A stretch of DNA of 63,014 nt, counting the filler, from Choristocarpus tenellus KU-1152 (taxonomy: Eukaryota; Protista; Phaeophyceae), in NCBI GenBank assembly GCA_964200185.2. It is 9 parts of 9 records of this genome, joined end to end, with 100 filler letters (N's around TTAATTAATTAA, not from the genome) between each part and the next. Parts side by side here need not be neighbours in the genome. Positions count along the whole stretch, not along the records: positions 20,706 to 31,157 come from CAXNAD020002921.1; positions 31,258 to 34,471 come from CAXNAD020021488.1; positions 34,572 to 39,402 come from CAXNAD020012898.1; positions 39,503 to 43,585 come from CAXNAD020016307.1; 5 more parts are not named here. One strand, given 5' to 3'. Positions 27,023 to 39,908 of the stretch are shown here, in pieces. Position 1 is the first letter of the stretch. Each line of letters begins with the position of its first letter. A program made the position numbers and the translations under genes. The notes below the pieces were generated by a model. The model worked only from the letters and a program-made list of their open reading frames with translations, did no database searches and was not told where the DNA came from.

Positions 27023-27789
27023 TTCATTTGTTGCACCAGTACAATGGGTACAGGACAAACGACTCCAGTTCACTGTTGGGGCCATCCCCTTATTCCTTGC
27101 GTCTTGTTCTTATTGTGTTTCCGCCTCACTTAGTCAAAACACACAACACTTAAGTCGCTCCATCCCAAGTTACCCGCTAAATTACGATGAAATCTCAATG
27201 AGAGAATTGGTTCATTGTCACACCACACCCCACCAGAGTGCAACAAATATATGCTTAGATCATTCTTTCCGAGGAATCCACCCCATCTGTTCGCATCTTC
27301 TCAACACATTTGTCATCTCATCGCACATAATAGGTCACAATAACTAATACAAAAACTAACACATCGCACATACATCGCCATCAACCTAGAATGACAATGC
27401 CATCCTCCCCCCCAAAAGGAATAGGATATTACTCCTGGCAATATCTCGTAATCCTATTCTTTTTTATGTGCCACAAAGGACTACGCTCGCTCTTTGCTTG
27501 GTTGTCCTCGCAGCGACCCGCGCGTTCTTGCTGCGTTTGTGCTCTCAACGTTATCCTGCTTGGCAAAAATTGTCCTACCATCAAAACTCGAAAAAATTGA
27601 CTCCAATTCCAAAATTTCACGCAAATTCATCAAATAAACAGGCATATCGTCGTCGCATTTCCAAAACCACAATAAATGGGGACACCAGCAATACCTTAAC
27701 GATTGATATATATATGATAACAAAACCAAAAAGAAGCAACTTTTCGAAGGTGCCCCTGTGAATCGGGGGTTCATCACTCTCACCAACTA

Positions 27790-27880
27790 AGACGCTTTCC
27801 CATAATTACATTACAAATCGTCCACATCGGATCCGAGACCCCATTTGGACGGGGCCGTACCCTCTCAGATACTTTGGCTC
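27790..27880 (+). mobile_element. Right terminus of a longer element related to MITE family 1
   Basis: CCCCATTTGGACGGGGCCGTACCCTCTCAGATACTTTGGCTC matches the MITE right end, but the upstream sequence diverges and no left TIR is present nearby. Confidence 0.7.
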
Positions 27881-29339
27881 AAGTCCAAAGTGTCCTTCTC
27901 TTACAAAAATAGTGAATCAGCTTTGGTTCCATATTTGAGTGATCAATTTCATATTGCATTTGCCACATGTTCTACCGAAGCACACACCTCCTCATAAATA
28001 TATTACTTTATGCCGCGGGAAAAAATATTTCAACCCCCTCAACTCTTCTTCTGATGCACCAATATCGCAACTGTCTCTTCTTACCCAACTTTTGTTTACT
28101 TTTGTCTTCTTCTGATGCAAAGCGAGGTTGACAATTTTTAACAAAAACAAATACCTAACACGACATATCGTCCTCATCCTACCGTGAAGGTGAACACCGC
28201 AATTCACGGCTGTGTTTTCCACGCACCGTTATGGGGAGCTTCGGTAGTAACAGGATAAGACTGATAGTCTATAGTTTACAAATACCATACGCGTGCACCA
28301 TAACACACATTCGAAAGTTGGCCTAAGCACTACACCAAACAAGGGTATGATTCAGTCTTATTTTCAATCGTCCAAGACTTTTCCGAGTGTTCAACAATAT
28401 TTCACATAGACATATTAACTTTGATCAAGCCTGCGTCGCTGTGCGTCGTACCTCTGGAACAGATATCATTTGGCCCAAACTGTCACATCCTTCTCTTCCA
28501 TTGAGCTTTTACATACATACGAAAGTAGGCATGCTGTTATCAACAGCCTGTATCCTTCATGGTGTCACAATGTTTAACATTACAAGTTTCAACATAGTGT
28601 CATCGGTTTGTTAATCGGTCACGTTGTTCCTAACCCTAAGTAGTCAACGATTTAACGTCTCTAAATCACACACCCTGTTTCCCATTATATATACTCAAAC
28701 CTACATATATCAATATACAAGCAGGTTATTGTATCATACATTGTTCATGCCGCGTTTGTCAACAAAATCTACCTACATTCCTTACTCCACCCACCCATCA
28801 CCCACATGGACAGCTGTGAACCCAACAAGCCAACCACAACACTACCCTCATGTGGACATACTCCGGAAAATCGTCACATAGCCCCTCAAGAAACATTATA
28901 CTAACCCTTTCAAAATATGGAATTACAACAATATTCGTCACCATACAACAAATAAAACTGCTAGGCGAACTCCAATTAATCCGACTAATCCAAAACCCGT
29001 TAGTCTCATGCCTCCTCACTATGGATTTAGACATTTGTTCACCTCACGAAGCACAAACCACCACTTAACCCTAATCAATGACCATTTCTTTCAATACTTC
29101 AATTGAACAAAAGCACACGAAAATGGGCACTTTCGACCATGTACCAAAAACCTAACCCCAACCATGTACCTTTCGTTATTTCAAGTCCAGAGATCAAAAA
29201 TCCTCAAAGCAGTGGCGCTCCATTTTAGCAGGACTTAAGCCCTACCACGACCATAACCAAATGTGTAATCCGCACACACGCCCACGAAACACACCTTAAA
29301 CACCCCTCATACAAGCAACTTATCTGAGGAACGCGATAT

Positions 29340-29391
29340 GGTAAAATGGACCCCAAACGGACACCCCCCCTCTCCCCAGATACTTGGCCCC
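29340..29391 (+). mobile_element. Right terminus of another related element (family-2-like TIR)
   Basis: GGACCCCAAACGGACACCCCCCCTCTCCCCAGATACTTGGCCCC shares the CCCCAAAYGGAC subterminal motif and the AGATACTT terminus. Confidence 0.55.
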
Positions 29392-30019
29392 TGAGTGTCA
29401 CACGGTACTTGCTTTTACGTCGCCTCTCGACAGAGAAGGTGCCGAGGGTAGATCCAGGGGACAGAGTAACCTCTGCGGCTCTCTTTGTTTCACTGTCGTG
29501 GTTCATGTTGCTGTGTAAGTGATGTGCGTGTGTGCTCACAGCCTGTCTGCACATGGCGTTAAGAAGATGTCCGGAACTCTTGAGTTTTTTTTTTTTTCGG
29601 TATCGCCACACTGACCGGTCAAACTCAGGCAGCGACGTATCCCGGACCAGGTTTTTGCAAGGAGTTCAGCCAACCATTTCATTTTTGTCCGTTTTGAAGT
29701 CGTGACCTTCAAAATTGCAGGGGAGAAATCCCCCTGTGTTTTTGGCATTCTTTGATCGGGATATAGTTCCCGTTCCCCGAAGCCTGGACATTCGTCGATG
29801 CAAACCTCCAAAAGCTCTTGTCATACACGTTCATTTGATATATGCACCGTTGTATAACTGTTGTGGCGTTCTGGTGAAAAAAACTACGATTGCCACAGAA
29901 GGCGAAGCTACTAATACCACCTTACACTACTTCTTCTGATATGGTGGGTATGATTTATACATCGAGAAGAAAGTGGTTAATTGATATGGTCTGTACATTG
30001 AAGAAGTAAGTTAGATCGA

Positions 30020-30290
30020 CTGGCGATAGGACAAGGAAGGGGTGGTACAATTACCTGGTGGACATGATCCGGAAATATTCGAGAATGCTAGACCTGGTCT
30101 AACTGGCGAGCAGGGACTGGTACAGTGCACCATGGATATGGTCTGGACATGTTAGACAATATTTGACTGGGTCCGACTGGCGGACAAGGACCAATTCAAC
30201 ACCTAGTGGACATGGATTAGGGCATGTTGAATAATTGTGGGAAGAGTTCGGCCAATGGACAAGAACCTTTAATTTGGAAGTCAGTTCCAG
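30020..30290 (+). mobile_element. Diverged partial copy of the hAT-like element (right half)
   Basis: 30133-30241 aligns by eye with 14426-14533 (TGGTCTGGACATGT..AATATTT..GGCGGACA..CCTAGT.GACA..CATGTT.AAT.ATTGTGGGA). Confidence 0.65.
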
Positions 30291-31079
30291 ACTTAAAATG
30301 GTATTATACTACTATATTAAGATATATTTCTAGTTTTTCCTACATGATGATTCCTGTATGTGATTGGATGAAATTGAGACGCATTCCTTTTTCTTATTTC
30401 TTGAATAGAGTACAAATTACTAGGAACTTACAATATCTGTATCATTCTTTCCAACGATTCTGGTTGGTTGTTACATCAACAACCGTTTCATCAGTCTATC
30501 TGCATATTTTATTATTATGCCCTCTGACATTTTGCAGATGTGTCAGGGGGAAACCAATGAAAACTATATACTATCTGCATCATATTCTAGGTATGATGTC
30601 AACCTCTTCTTCCTCCGATGTATTGCGTATTTCTCTCTATTATCTTCCTTAAAACGAAAAAATAGTTGCAAGCAACAAGAATAGTCTTACTATCTGTAAA
30701 ATTGTGTGATTGACATAGTTGTGTTCGAATTTAATGAGTATACTCGTTTCGCCAACGTTGACCGTTGTGGAACCTTTCCTGGTTGTACTTCAACATATTT
30801 CGTTTTCCTTGACATTCAACACATCTATACCTACCTACTTTTCTCATTTTCATCATCACGACCAGTTACATTTTTGTTGTTTGATTTTCATGATATATAT
30901 TTGGAGTGGAGTATAGAGAGATTGATATGTGTGAGGTTTCTGACCAGTTCGATTTCGGGATCGGTTTGATATGATGTATCTTTCCGATAATACCTACTGA
31001 AAGGACCATAGAGGTGTAGAACTGTCTTTGTAAGTAATGTTGATCGATATAACATAATATACATAAAATAATATATACA

Positions 31080-31157
31080 CCTTTGCGGTGGAAAGTTTTG
31101 GGCGCTTCGGCAAGCAAGCGGATTGCTTCCTGGACGAGCTGGCTACTCACATGGTAG
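31080..31157 (+). mobile_element. RLE-type non-LTR retrotransposon fragment, cut by the contig end
   Basis: PFAVESFGRFGKQADCFLDELATHMV, homologous to 14871-15152. Confidence 0.65.
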
Positions 31158-31540
31158 NNNNNNNNNNNNNNNNNNNNNNNNNNNNNNNNNNNNNNNNNNN
31201 NTTAATTAATTAANNNNNNNNNNNNNNNNNNNNNNNNNNNNNNNNNNNNNNNNNNNNAAGGAAACACAAAACAAGACACCAAAAACGAAAAAAAAGAAAA
31301 CGGACTTTTTCTTAAGAGCGGCAAAGGAACGAGGGGGGGGGGGGGGGGCGGGGTCCATCAGATATTAAGAATTTCAAAAATATATATATACTAAACATTG
31401 CACACGCCTGTACCGAAGCATCACGACGTGCTATACGAAAAGGATACTTGGGAGGCGTGCGTACGCATGCGGATGACCCGCGAAATGATCGAAGGAATCA
31501 ATCAGAAAATAAAAATATTGGGTCATCAGTTTTTATCGGA

Positions 31541-31686
31541 ATCAATCGATTTTATCAATCAGAAAATACTAGGTAAATCAATCAATTTTATCAATCAGAA
31601 AATACTTGGTAAATCAATCAATTTTATCAATCAGAAAACACTAGGTAAATCAATCAATTTTATCAATCAGAAAATACTAGGTAAAT
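31541..31686. repeat. 36-bp tandem repeat x4 (AATCAATCAATTTTATCAATCAGAAAATACTAGGTA)
   Basis: Direct tandem copies. Confidence 0.92.
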
Positions 31687-31757
31687 CTCATGCGGCCAAC
31701 TAGAATTGGCACTGATTCAATGCCCTGTTAATTGAAAAGTAATCTTACGTGTATATT

Positions 31758-31760
<3 letters not shown>

Positions 31761-31789
<29 letters not shown>

Positions 31790-31826
31790 TGTATGTATGT
31801 ATGTATGTATGTATGTATGTATGTAT
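31761..31826. repeat. (ATGT)n microsatellite
   Basis: ~16 perfect units. Confidence 0.95.
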
Positions 31827-32532
31827 TCCTGGAACATACAACACAACACTTGCTCCTCACCAGGGGGCAATTCCCTACCAAACACTCAGCTACCTACCAC
31901 ATAACACCATCCACCACTATCACCAAAGGAGGCACACACCGAGCACATTATACACACAAAGAAGGGACAGGAATAGGGTTAGGGTTAGGGTTAACTCAAG
32001 GGAAAAAATTGACAAAGGCTCGACACCGGATTGAGGTTTCTTTTTTTTATAGAAGAGAAAAGGTGGGATGATGAGAAAAAATAATGCAACAGAAACTACA
32101 CATTAGTAATCTTACTGAAATATTCTTTAAAAAGGAAAAGAACAAAAAATATGAAAAAAAGAACAAACCAAGACAAGAGAACAAAAAAAAATCAAAACGA
32201 AATAATGGATCATTTTAAATAAAAAAAATGAGCTGAACGGACAACACATAAAATCAGAATTACAGAGTTAGTTGCAATCACAACAAAAAAATTTAACACA
32301 AATAAAATAAAAAGAACAGCTCAACTGGCAAAAACATATTTCAAATTTTAAAAGAAACTAGTCAAAAAGGTCAAAAATCTGACATGCAAGAAAACTAAAA
32401 AAAAATAGCAAAAGAAAAAAAGAAAATCCTGAACTGGAAATCAAAAAGGTTTAAAAAGGAGGCAACCAAAACCCTAACCCTAACCAGACTAGATCAAAAC
32501 AAAAACAAACAAAAAGCTGAAGTTCTAAACTG

Positions 32533-32882
32533 CTCACAAAAAAATAAACAAAATTATCAACCTCAACCTCAACCTACCCTAACCCTAACCCTAAACCTGA
32601 CCCTAAACCACTCACACAAAAATAAACAAAAAATCAACCTCAACCACAACCTCAACCTCAACCTAATCCTAACCCTAAGCCCTAATCCTAAATCACTCAC
32701 AAAAAAATAAACAAAATTATCAACCTCAACCTCAACCTCAACCTAACCCTAACCCTAATCCTGAACCTAAACCTACTTCTAAACCCCTCACACAAAAATA
32801 AAGAAATAAACCTCAAACTCAACCTCAACCTCAACCTAATCCTAACTCTAACCCTAACTCTAACCCTAACCCTAGCCCTAAC
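32533..32882. repeat. Interstitial telomere-like (CCCTAA/CCTCAA) compound repeat, 4 higher-order units
   Basis: Each unit is a CTCACA..AAAAATAAA header followed by degenerate CCTCAA/CCCTAA hexamers. Confidence 0.85.
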
Positions 32883-32888
32883 ACACAC

Positions 32889-33056
32889 CTCCACAATGGT
32901 AGGAGTGCTGATCGTCAAACTGCCAGCCTTGACAATGATTCCCTTAATCCTGGGGTCAATCGCGGCAGTGGCCAGGGTCCTCTTCACTTCAACCAGCGAC
33001 AGCGCCTTCTCTCCACCAAACAACCCTTCATCCTCGCTCCAGTACGGTATGCTCCC
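32889..33056 (-). CDS. sppA: Internal exon of signal peptide peptidase SppA (protease IV, 67K/plastid type)
   Basis: In-phase CAG|...|GT exon encoding GSIPYWSEDEGLFGGEKALSLVEVKRTLATAAIDPRIKGIIVKAGSLTISTPTIVE, which matches the SppA LS..AA.D.RI.GI..E signature. Other exons were not located. Confidence 0.65.
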
Positions 33057-34414
33057 CTGCATGATAGAGGAATGCAAGAAAATAATATGAATATATATAT
33101 ATTTATTTATTTATTTATTTTTTTAATTTATATTTCCGAATCAAAATATTAATGTGTGCCCAATGAAGTATGCACAAAGGTAATTAATTGTCCAGGGACA
33201 AAAAAACGAAGGTGTACCTCACAAAGTCACAAAGTCACAAAGTTTGGGACACTGTACAGACAGGGCCGACGATGTCTGTATGCCCAATTTGCTAAACGTC
33301 GGGTAGGGAGGGGTTTCCCCCCCAGCAGCCTTACTTCACTCGTTATTGCGACTGACTCAATCCGTGTACACATACACGGTATATATTGAATGGCAACAAT
33401 ATATACATCAAATGTCTTGAAGAGGGGGTTAGGGTTACGGTATCGGGATCGGTTCTTGCTTCAGAAAAAGAGGAAAAAAGGATGCACTAAAACTGTAGAA
33501 CATGCAATCAAAAAAGAATAGTGAGCCGTCAACCAATGACACGTGAAGACTCTTTCCTCGTCATGCGTTGGCAACGTGCTCTACCTTCAAGTCCAAGATT
33601 GCTAAACGGTCTCATCTTCTCAGAACCCTTGTAAGGGGTTTAGCACGGAGATAAGCAGTGAACCAAAAAAAAAATACAGAAATGAAAAATATATATATAT
33701 ATACATATATATATATGTATGTATCATGTAAGTACGGGAGAAAAAAAAAAGGAAAAATGTTAAGCCGTGTGTATCAATCAGTTCCAGTCAATAGCAGTAC
33801 CAGTACAAATGTTCAGCCCCGATATATTCAAAACGATAGATTCACTTAGAAGAAAAAAAAAAAATGGAAGGGGAAAACGAAAAAGAAAAAAAAAAAGAAA
33901 AAAAAAAAAAAAAAAAATGGAAGGGGAAAACGTAATGGAGAAGACACTAGAGAAAAGAATGTAGAAAAAACAATGGAGAGAAAACAATAGAGACAAAACA
34001 ATGGAGAGAATACAATACAGAAGATACGACAAACAAAAAATAACAGACAAAAATCAACAGACAAAAATAAATCGCAAGACTCCAACAGACAACCGTTACA
34101 GCAAGCACCACAGGCATACATATGCACATTGTACATAAAATCATTCACTCAGGAGCTGCAAACCTTACTCTTTTTATTCTCTTGATATCACACACATATA
34201 AAAGGGTTAGGGTTAGCCTGGAAGCAAACAATCAGCAATTAAGACCACACCACATGTGCTCTGCAAATTGCAAAACGCTCATCCCAGTTTGTTCATAGCA
34301 TTAGTGCAGGGCATACGCTACAGGTGCCACTGACCGAAAGTGACTGGCAGAGCTATACACATGGTTTAATATGTTAAACGCACGAGTTCACTCCCATTCC
34401 TAGGGTTCCCCTAC

Positions 34415-34450
<36 letters not shown>

Positions 34451-34722
34451 TTCCCCCCCCCACCCTCTCCCNNNNNNNNNNNNNNNNNNNNNNNNNNNNN
34501 NNNNNNNNNNNNNNNTTAATTAATTAANNNNNNNNNNNNNNNNNNNNNNNNNNNNNNNNNNNNNNNNNNNNGGATAAGGCTCGCCATGTGTTTACATGCA
34601 CCTCGACACATCAATAAAACATCTGTGTTTTGGAGGGTCGACCATGCAGTCCGAAGCCCAAGGTTGTTAAAGAAATATCCGAACGCCAAAAGCCTCACAT
34701 GTAGGGGGCGGGGATTGCTCAC

Positions 34723-35633
34723 CCGGCTCCCCATCATCGCTGTAGCGGTGCTCGCCCCCCAGCCCTCTCCATGCCCAGCAGTTGTGCCGAGCTTTGATAT
34801 GCTTTTTCTGGACAGAGGCAAGTATCTCCTTGGCTTGCTCGAAGGTGGTAGCTGGGGCACTCCGCGCAATGAAACGACTCTTTCATAGGCAATGAGGAAA
34901 AATTATGGGAGGGGAGGACGATACCAACGAGGAGTCTGCAAATTAGACCTAAGAAATGCAACCAGGATACTTGCGGAACATTGTTGGTACATCGCAATCG
35001 CTCTTGACACTAACTAACTGACATCACTGCATGCTATGAGAATGGTCATCTATTCCAAGTCATTTTCGGCAGTGTACAACTCCATCGAGTATTCCCACGT
35101 TTGTTCTTATGCTAGGTGCCTGATCATGTTCATTTGGATAGCGTAAAGGACTTTTAGAGACAACTGTAGTTGCATTAGTCCCATCGTAGAGATGAAGAAT
35201 ATTAAATGACAAGAACAAGCTATATACCACGATCTTACCACCACTCTCGCCATGGTTTGAGGTAATATAACGCTCAAAAGGCTCCTCGCGGGATACGCAA
35301 CCGCCTTCACAAATATTACACCCAACCTCTCTTCGTTCACACCTTCTTTGTTATCTCCTCCGCCTCCATTTCTCCACGAATACTTACGATTTCATCCAAT
35401 GGGGAGGGAGACGAAGATGGGGACGCGCCAAGAACATCATTCCGCACCCCTCCAACAAACTGTATTGGAGGACCATGGAAGGCTCTTCCCCGGATTCTCC
35501 TTTGTAATTGAAAACCAAGAGTCAATTGCGGCGACATCATGTAGGCAGCGGGGTCGATCCTCAACATCACCGCAGAAACGGTCCCACCTAAACAGGCAGC
35601 ACCGAAGACAGCCCCACTCCAGCGAAGAACCAT
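34723..35633 (-). CDS. IMPACT/YigZ (UPF0029) family protein, 3'-truncated; exons 35633-35343 and 34879-34723
   Basis: The spliced product reads EEITKK|SRFIARSAPATTFEQAKEILASVQKKHIKARHNCWAWR..RYSDDGEP, carrying the KKSRF, ARHNCWA and SDDGEP motifs. The long N-terminal extension may be a targeting peptide. Confidence 0.88.
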
Positions 35634-35872
35634 GCCTGTTGTACTATCAACAACGTTGAAGTGCGTCGGGTGTTCATTACCTTGGGGAAGCCATTAGTCT
35701 ATAGATATTTGATACAAACAAATCAACACTACCAAGTTGGGTTGACATCCTCCTGTCTCCTTGGAGCAGGCTTATGTCTCGAATCAGAATATCCAAGTTC
35801 TTTGGTACCCTGCATTATAGATGGAGGTAATCCACCCGTAGCTGGGAAATAGATTTCGATCATCGAGTCAAC

Positions 35873-38800
35873 ATGAGTAAGCGTAACCTCACACCTTGCT
35901 TTTCCTCCATCTCTTGCAATGGCAGCATATTCATCCTCGCTCTTGTCGTTGTGGGTGTGCTGACTGCTGATGGTCTCGGAGATATATTGACTGGAAATCC
36001 CTCGCCGGGAACGCTATGGGAAGTCATCCATGGTGAATCTTCGTTTTCAAAACTGAAAGCTTGCATTGGGGCTGCAGACCCGTCCATCTTCGCTATCCTC
36101 AATGAATCATCCTCTCCCTTCCACACGCTTTTTGCACCGAGAAATGAAGCATTCGACGACATCGACTGGGCATATCCTGGGTCTGGACGTACCATCTTCG
36201 AGAGCAGGTGTGTGCGGCAAGGACAGACACGGGGAGGAGGGTTTTCTCAACGAAAACACCAAGGTTTGAAAACGACGAACGTCTGTAAGGTAGAACAGGA
36301 AAAAACAACGAAGGATACCAACGGTCGTTATCGCGTTTGATGCCAAGTAATATGCTTAATGCAAGAATTAAGCGAAATATCTGAACCGCTTATCGCTATC
36401 CTTGATGTCATTATTTGTCGGCACCAAGTACGATATCTCCTTCAGGTGATGAAAGCACGTCACGTGTTGGCTGAGTGCACAACAACAAGAGACAAGATAA
36501 CGTTCTGGGTCATTTTTTCCTTTACATCTGCACATTCGCTCTAACTCAATATGACTGAAGCTGACCTTTTTATGTCTATGTCAACTAATGCTGATCCCCT
36601 TCTGGTGGCGTTTTCGAGTTTGAAGCACTTGTGGACCCATTATGTACAGAGTGAACTTGGACGGCTGTTACGTTTCTAGTGCTAGTGTTTTAGCATGTTT
36701 TCTGCTCATAGTTGTATGCGATATTCAAAATCGAGTCAAGAGTTGGTTTTGGGAAATCCGAGCCAAATCAGAGCTCCAAGAAATGTGCAAGTAGTAGGAT
36801 TGTATTATTTTACTCCTCTGTTTCTTCCAGTATGTGCAAATAACGTGTTGCTATTATTTATGAGAATCACATTCTTAACAAGATTGGACTCAGAGTAGTG
36901 TGGTCGACTCTGAGCCAATGATCAATGGCGAGAAGTTGTGGGGGTTTGGTCTTCTTCAAAGGAGCGTAGTGGATGGAATACGATTTTCCTCTGTAGTAGT
37001 CGTAAGACGGGAAACAAGTTTAGATGATGATGGTACCGCCCTCTGTAACTGTTGTGGTTCCCCTCTGTATACTTCGTTGTGCAGGCAATGCTGCCTTGAT
37101 GTGTGCTGTTTGTCTCAGGTCCGAGGTATGTACAATGGATTGATTGTCCGTATGTGCCCCCCCCCTCCCCCCCTATCCTCGGTTAAAAACAGGTGTACGG
37201 ATGAGGAAACTGCTACATCCTTGATAGGATACCATTTGTCGACGGTTTCATACCCCACACCGTATATTGGTGAGATCAGATTTGAACAGAAGGCAAAATA
37301 CTATATTATACTCCTGGTGTGTATATTGGATGTGAATAGGTCCTTGTGACAGAGTGGTTGGCACTAGTGAGCGGTGTGTGGTTAGGGAGTAATGAGGGAG
37401 TAGCAAACCGATAATTGAGATGCACCACAGATCCATGGAAAGATAGATGACGAACAGATTGACTCACATAAGAGACACACATGAAAGGCAACATATGCAC
37501 TATTGGAATGCCATATCTGTGCTGCATGAAGCCAATGGGATACATTTGCCTTGCAATATACCCCCCTCTCGGCTCCTTCTCAGTCATCCTTTGTACACAC
37601 TCCTACACTTCCGCACTTCCTGCCCCCATACTCACCCTCTGCAAGTGTCCTACTCACGCTACCCACTGCCCCCTCCCCCATCCTCACATACTGCCATGCC
37701 TACATGGTTGTGCAAGACAGGTGCGGATTTCCCAGACATACTCGGCAATGGTCGTGCATCCCACTACTATAGCATCACCAAGACCATGGATGTGCCCTCC
37801 CACCTTTACCCCATACAGTTTATTGACTCAGCAAATGTCACCAGTGTGCCTTTGTTCGTGGGGCATGGGGATCACCTCATGGCTGTAGACAGAGTCCTAC
37901 GTCCTCCCTCTGGTGAGAGCTGATTAGAAACATTTGCTATGTGTGTGTGGCATCAACAGTGGAGTTGTTATAGGACAGTATGGCGCATGAAGGGTAGGGA
38001 TCATTTTCTTGAAGCTTATTGTATCAACACTGAAGAAGATTACCTCTACTGTTGCCAGAAGTGTGCGGGATGAGGTCTCAATGTCTTGGGCTCATCCTTC
38101 AGAGTGGAGAGAATTTCAGTAGGGCTCCCCTCAATACACCCTGTGGTCGGAGAAAGACTGTATGTACCAACCTTGAGAGCAGTTTTCATGTGGCTAATGT
38201 GTTAGAAAAGGGAGAGAAGTACAGGAGTCACACATAGAAGCAGAGAAGTAGGAGGGGGCTGAAAAAAACCTTTCAGGGGTGCCTGCACAGAACCCTGGCA
38301 TATCTACATCTACACTCTCTGCACTCCAAAGATAGACATATTCAACGGAAACATTCAGCTAAGGCACAACAACACAAGATACAATCTGTATGGTAGGCTC
38401 AAAATGCACAGATAGAACATCAAGACCGATGTGTGGTATATGTTGCTCCATTGTTGCTGATGCCACCTCTACTCTTTATTTTTTCCTCCTCCCCCTGCTG
38501 CCCTACTTTTTGGGACATATTCTAGGAACTATCTGGGAAACACTCGTAGCAGATCCATCGTTCTCACGCCTGACCAAGGCATTGAACTCTACATCAGCTG
38601 CGGAGCTGCGTTTACGGTTGGATTCAACAGATGGGTCAGCGTGTTATACACTCTTTGCCCCTGATGACGGAGGCTTCAACCGCTCATCAATCTTCCCAGA
38701 AGGTGATTTTTTTATTGTTGACAGGTCAGTTGGTAAGGGTTTTGGTAGCGAGATCGTGGGGTTGATTATTGAGCTGATGGGTAAAAGGGGTAGATCCAAA

Positions 38801-39363
38801 GCGGTGGAGGTTGATGGCAATAGTGTAACATTACTACTCTAGGGAGTTGAGAGGATAGGGCAAAATGTATTTGTTGGTTACGGAAGGGGACTTGTCATTG
38901 AGTTCGAGGTAAAGGCTCCTTCTTGAGTGTTTTTTTGTAGGCTTGTGATTGTCCACAATTGCATTCAGGCGATGAAAAGCCAGGTACAATCGCAGCAGGG
39001 CATGAAAAAGCAATCGATCCTTGAGCTTTTTTTTCGCCCCTCTCTTGCAGCGGGAAGTTCTTGATGTAGTGAATCCTTTGCCTTACCCACTGCCTAATTC
39101 CATGAACCCTACATCCATTGTGCTGATGCACTTGCCCTCCACCTCTCTCCTTCCCTGCTGTTGACTGCTTGTCTTCACGGCCCCAAGGTGATGAGGAAGG
39201 CCTTGATACCCTCTTGACCTTCCACACCGTGGGATCAGGCTCTTATCCACGTGCCCTCGACGGGAGACATTTTTCACAGCAGCTATTTGTAGTAGGTCCA
39301 GCCGACACGCTCGGGCGGGATTTCTATAGAGATTTTTACTCAGAGGCGTTTGTGAATGCACAG
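35873..39363 (+). CDS. Secreted fasciclin (FAS1) tandem-domain protein, 3'-truncated; exons 35873-36207, 37193-37269, 37721-37912, 38526-38702, 39188-39363
   Basis: Hydrophobic N-terminus (IFILALVVVGVL). Two FAS1 units: TLWEVI..FSKL..TLFAPRNEAF..LIGYH..MAVDRVLRPP and TIWETL..FSRL..YTLFAPDDGGF..LLTFH. Exons join in phase. Confidence 0.85.
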
Positions 39364-39502
39364 GTATGCCACAGGTATGCCAGGCTGTGTGTGCCTTTGG
39401 GGNNNNNNNNNNNNNNNNNNNNNNNNNNNNNNNNNNNNNNNNNNNNTTAATTAATTAANNNNNNNNNNNNNNNNNNNNNNNNNNNNNNNNNNNNNNNNNN
39501 NN

Positions 39503-39694
39503 ATCTAAGTGGAAAAGGGGGGGGGGGGGGGGGGGGTGGGGGCTCTACACCAGGGTGTCCATTTGGGCCCTGACCAGGAAAAGTGCACTTACATTGTCCA
39601 TCCAACACATGCAACCAAATCACCATAAAAATAGAAAATAGAAAAAATAGGCCCTATATGGACAGCCACCACCACCCCCCAGATGCTTTGAGCC
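39503..39694 (-). mobile_element. MITE family 2 (poly-G), nearly complete copy at the contig start
   Basis: Reverse-complement homologue of 53270-53471; ends CCCCCCAGATGCTTTGAGCC. Confidence 0.75.
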
Positions 39695-39908
39695 CATGAG
39701 CAGGGAGATTGCTTATGGCCCTCATATTTAGATAATTGGGTGCATGGAGCCACCTGAATGTGAAGTAAAAACATAGTGAGAAGCAACCCTTATACAGTCT
39801 CATACTCCTCTGTTCACACTCAGTGTTTCTAATTTTGTGAGGCCTCTCTCGAAATACAGTAAAAATATGCATCCTGGCAGAGAGCCTTGTGTCTTGATTT
39901 TGATTCAC

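Noticed and set aside
31398-34148. ORFs with SINFINQKILGK, MYVCMYVC, RVRVRL, poly-K or poly-F
   Set aside because: These are translations of mini- and microsatellites and homopolymers.
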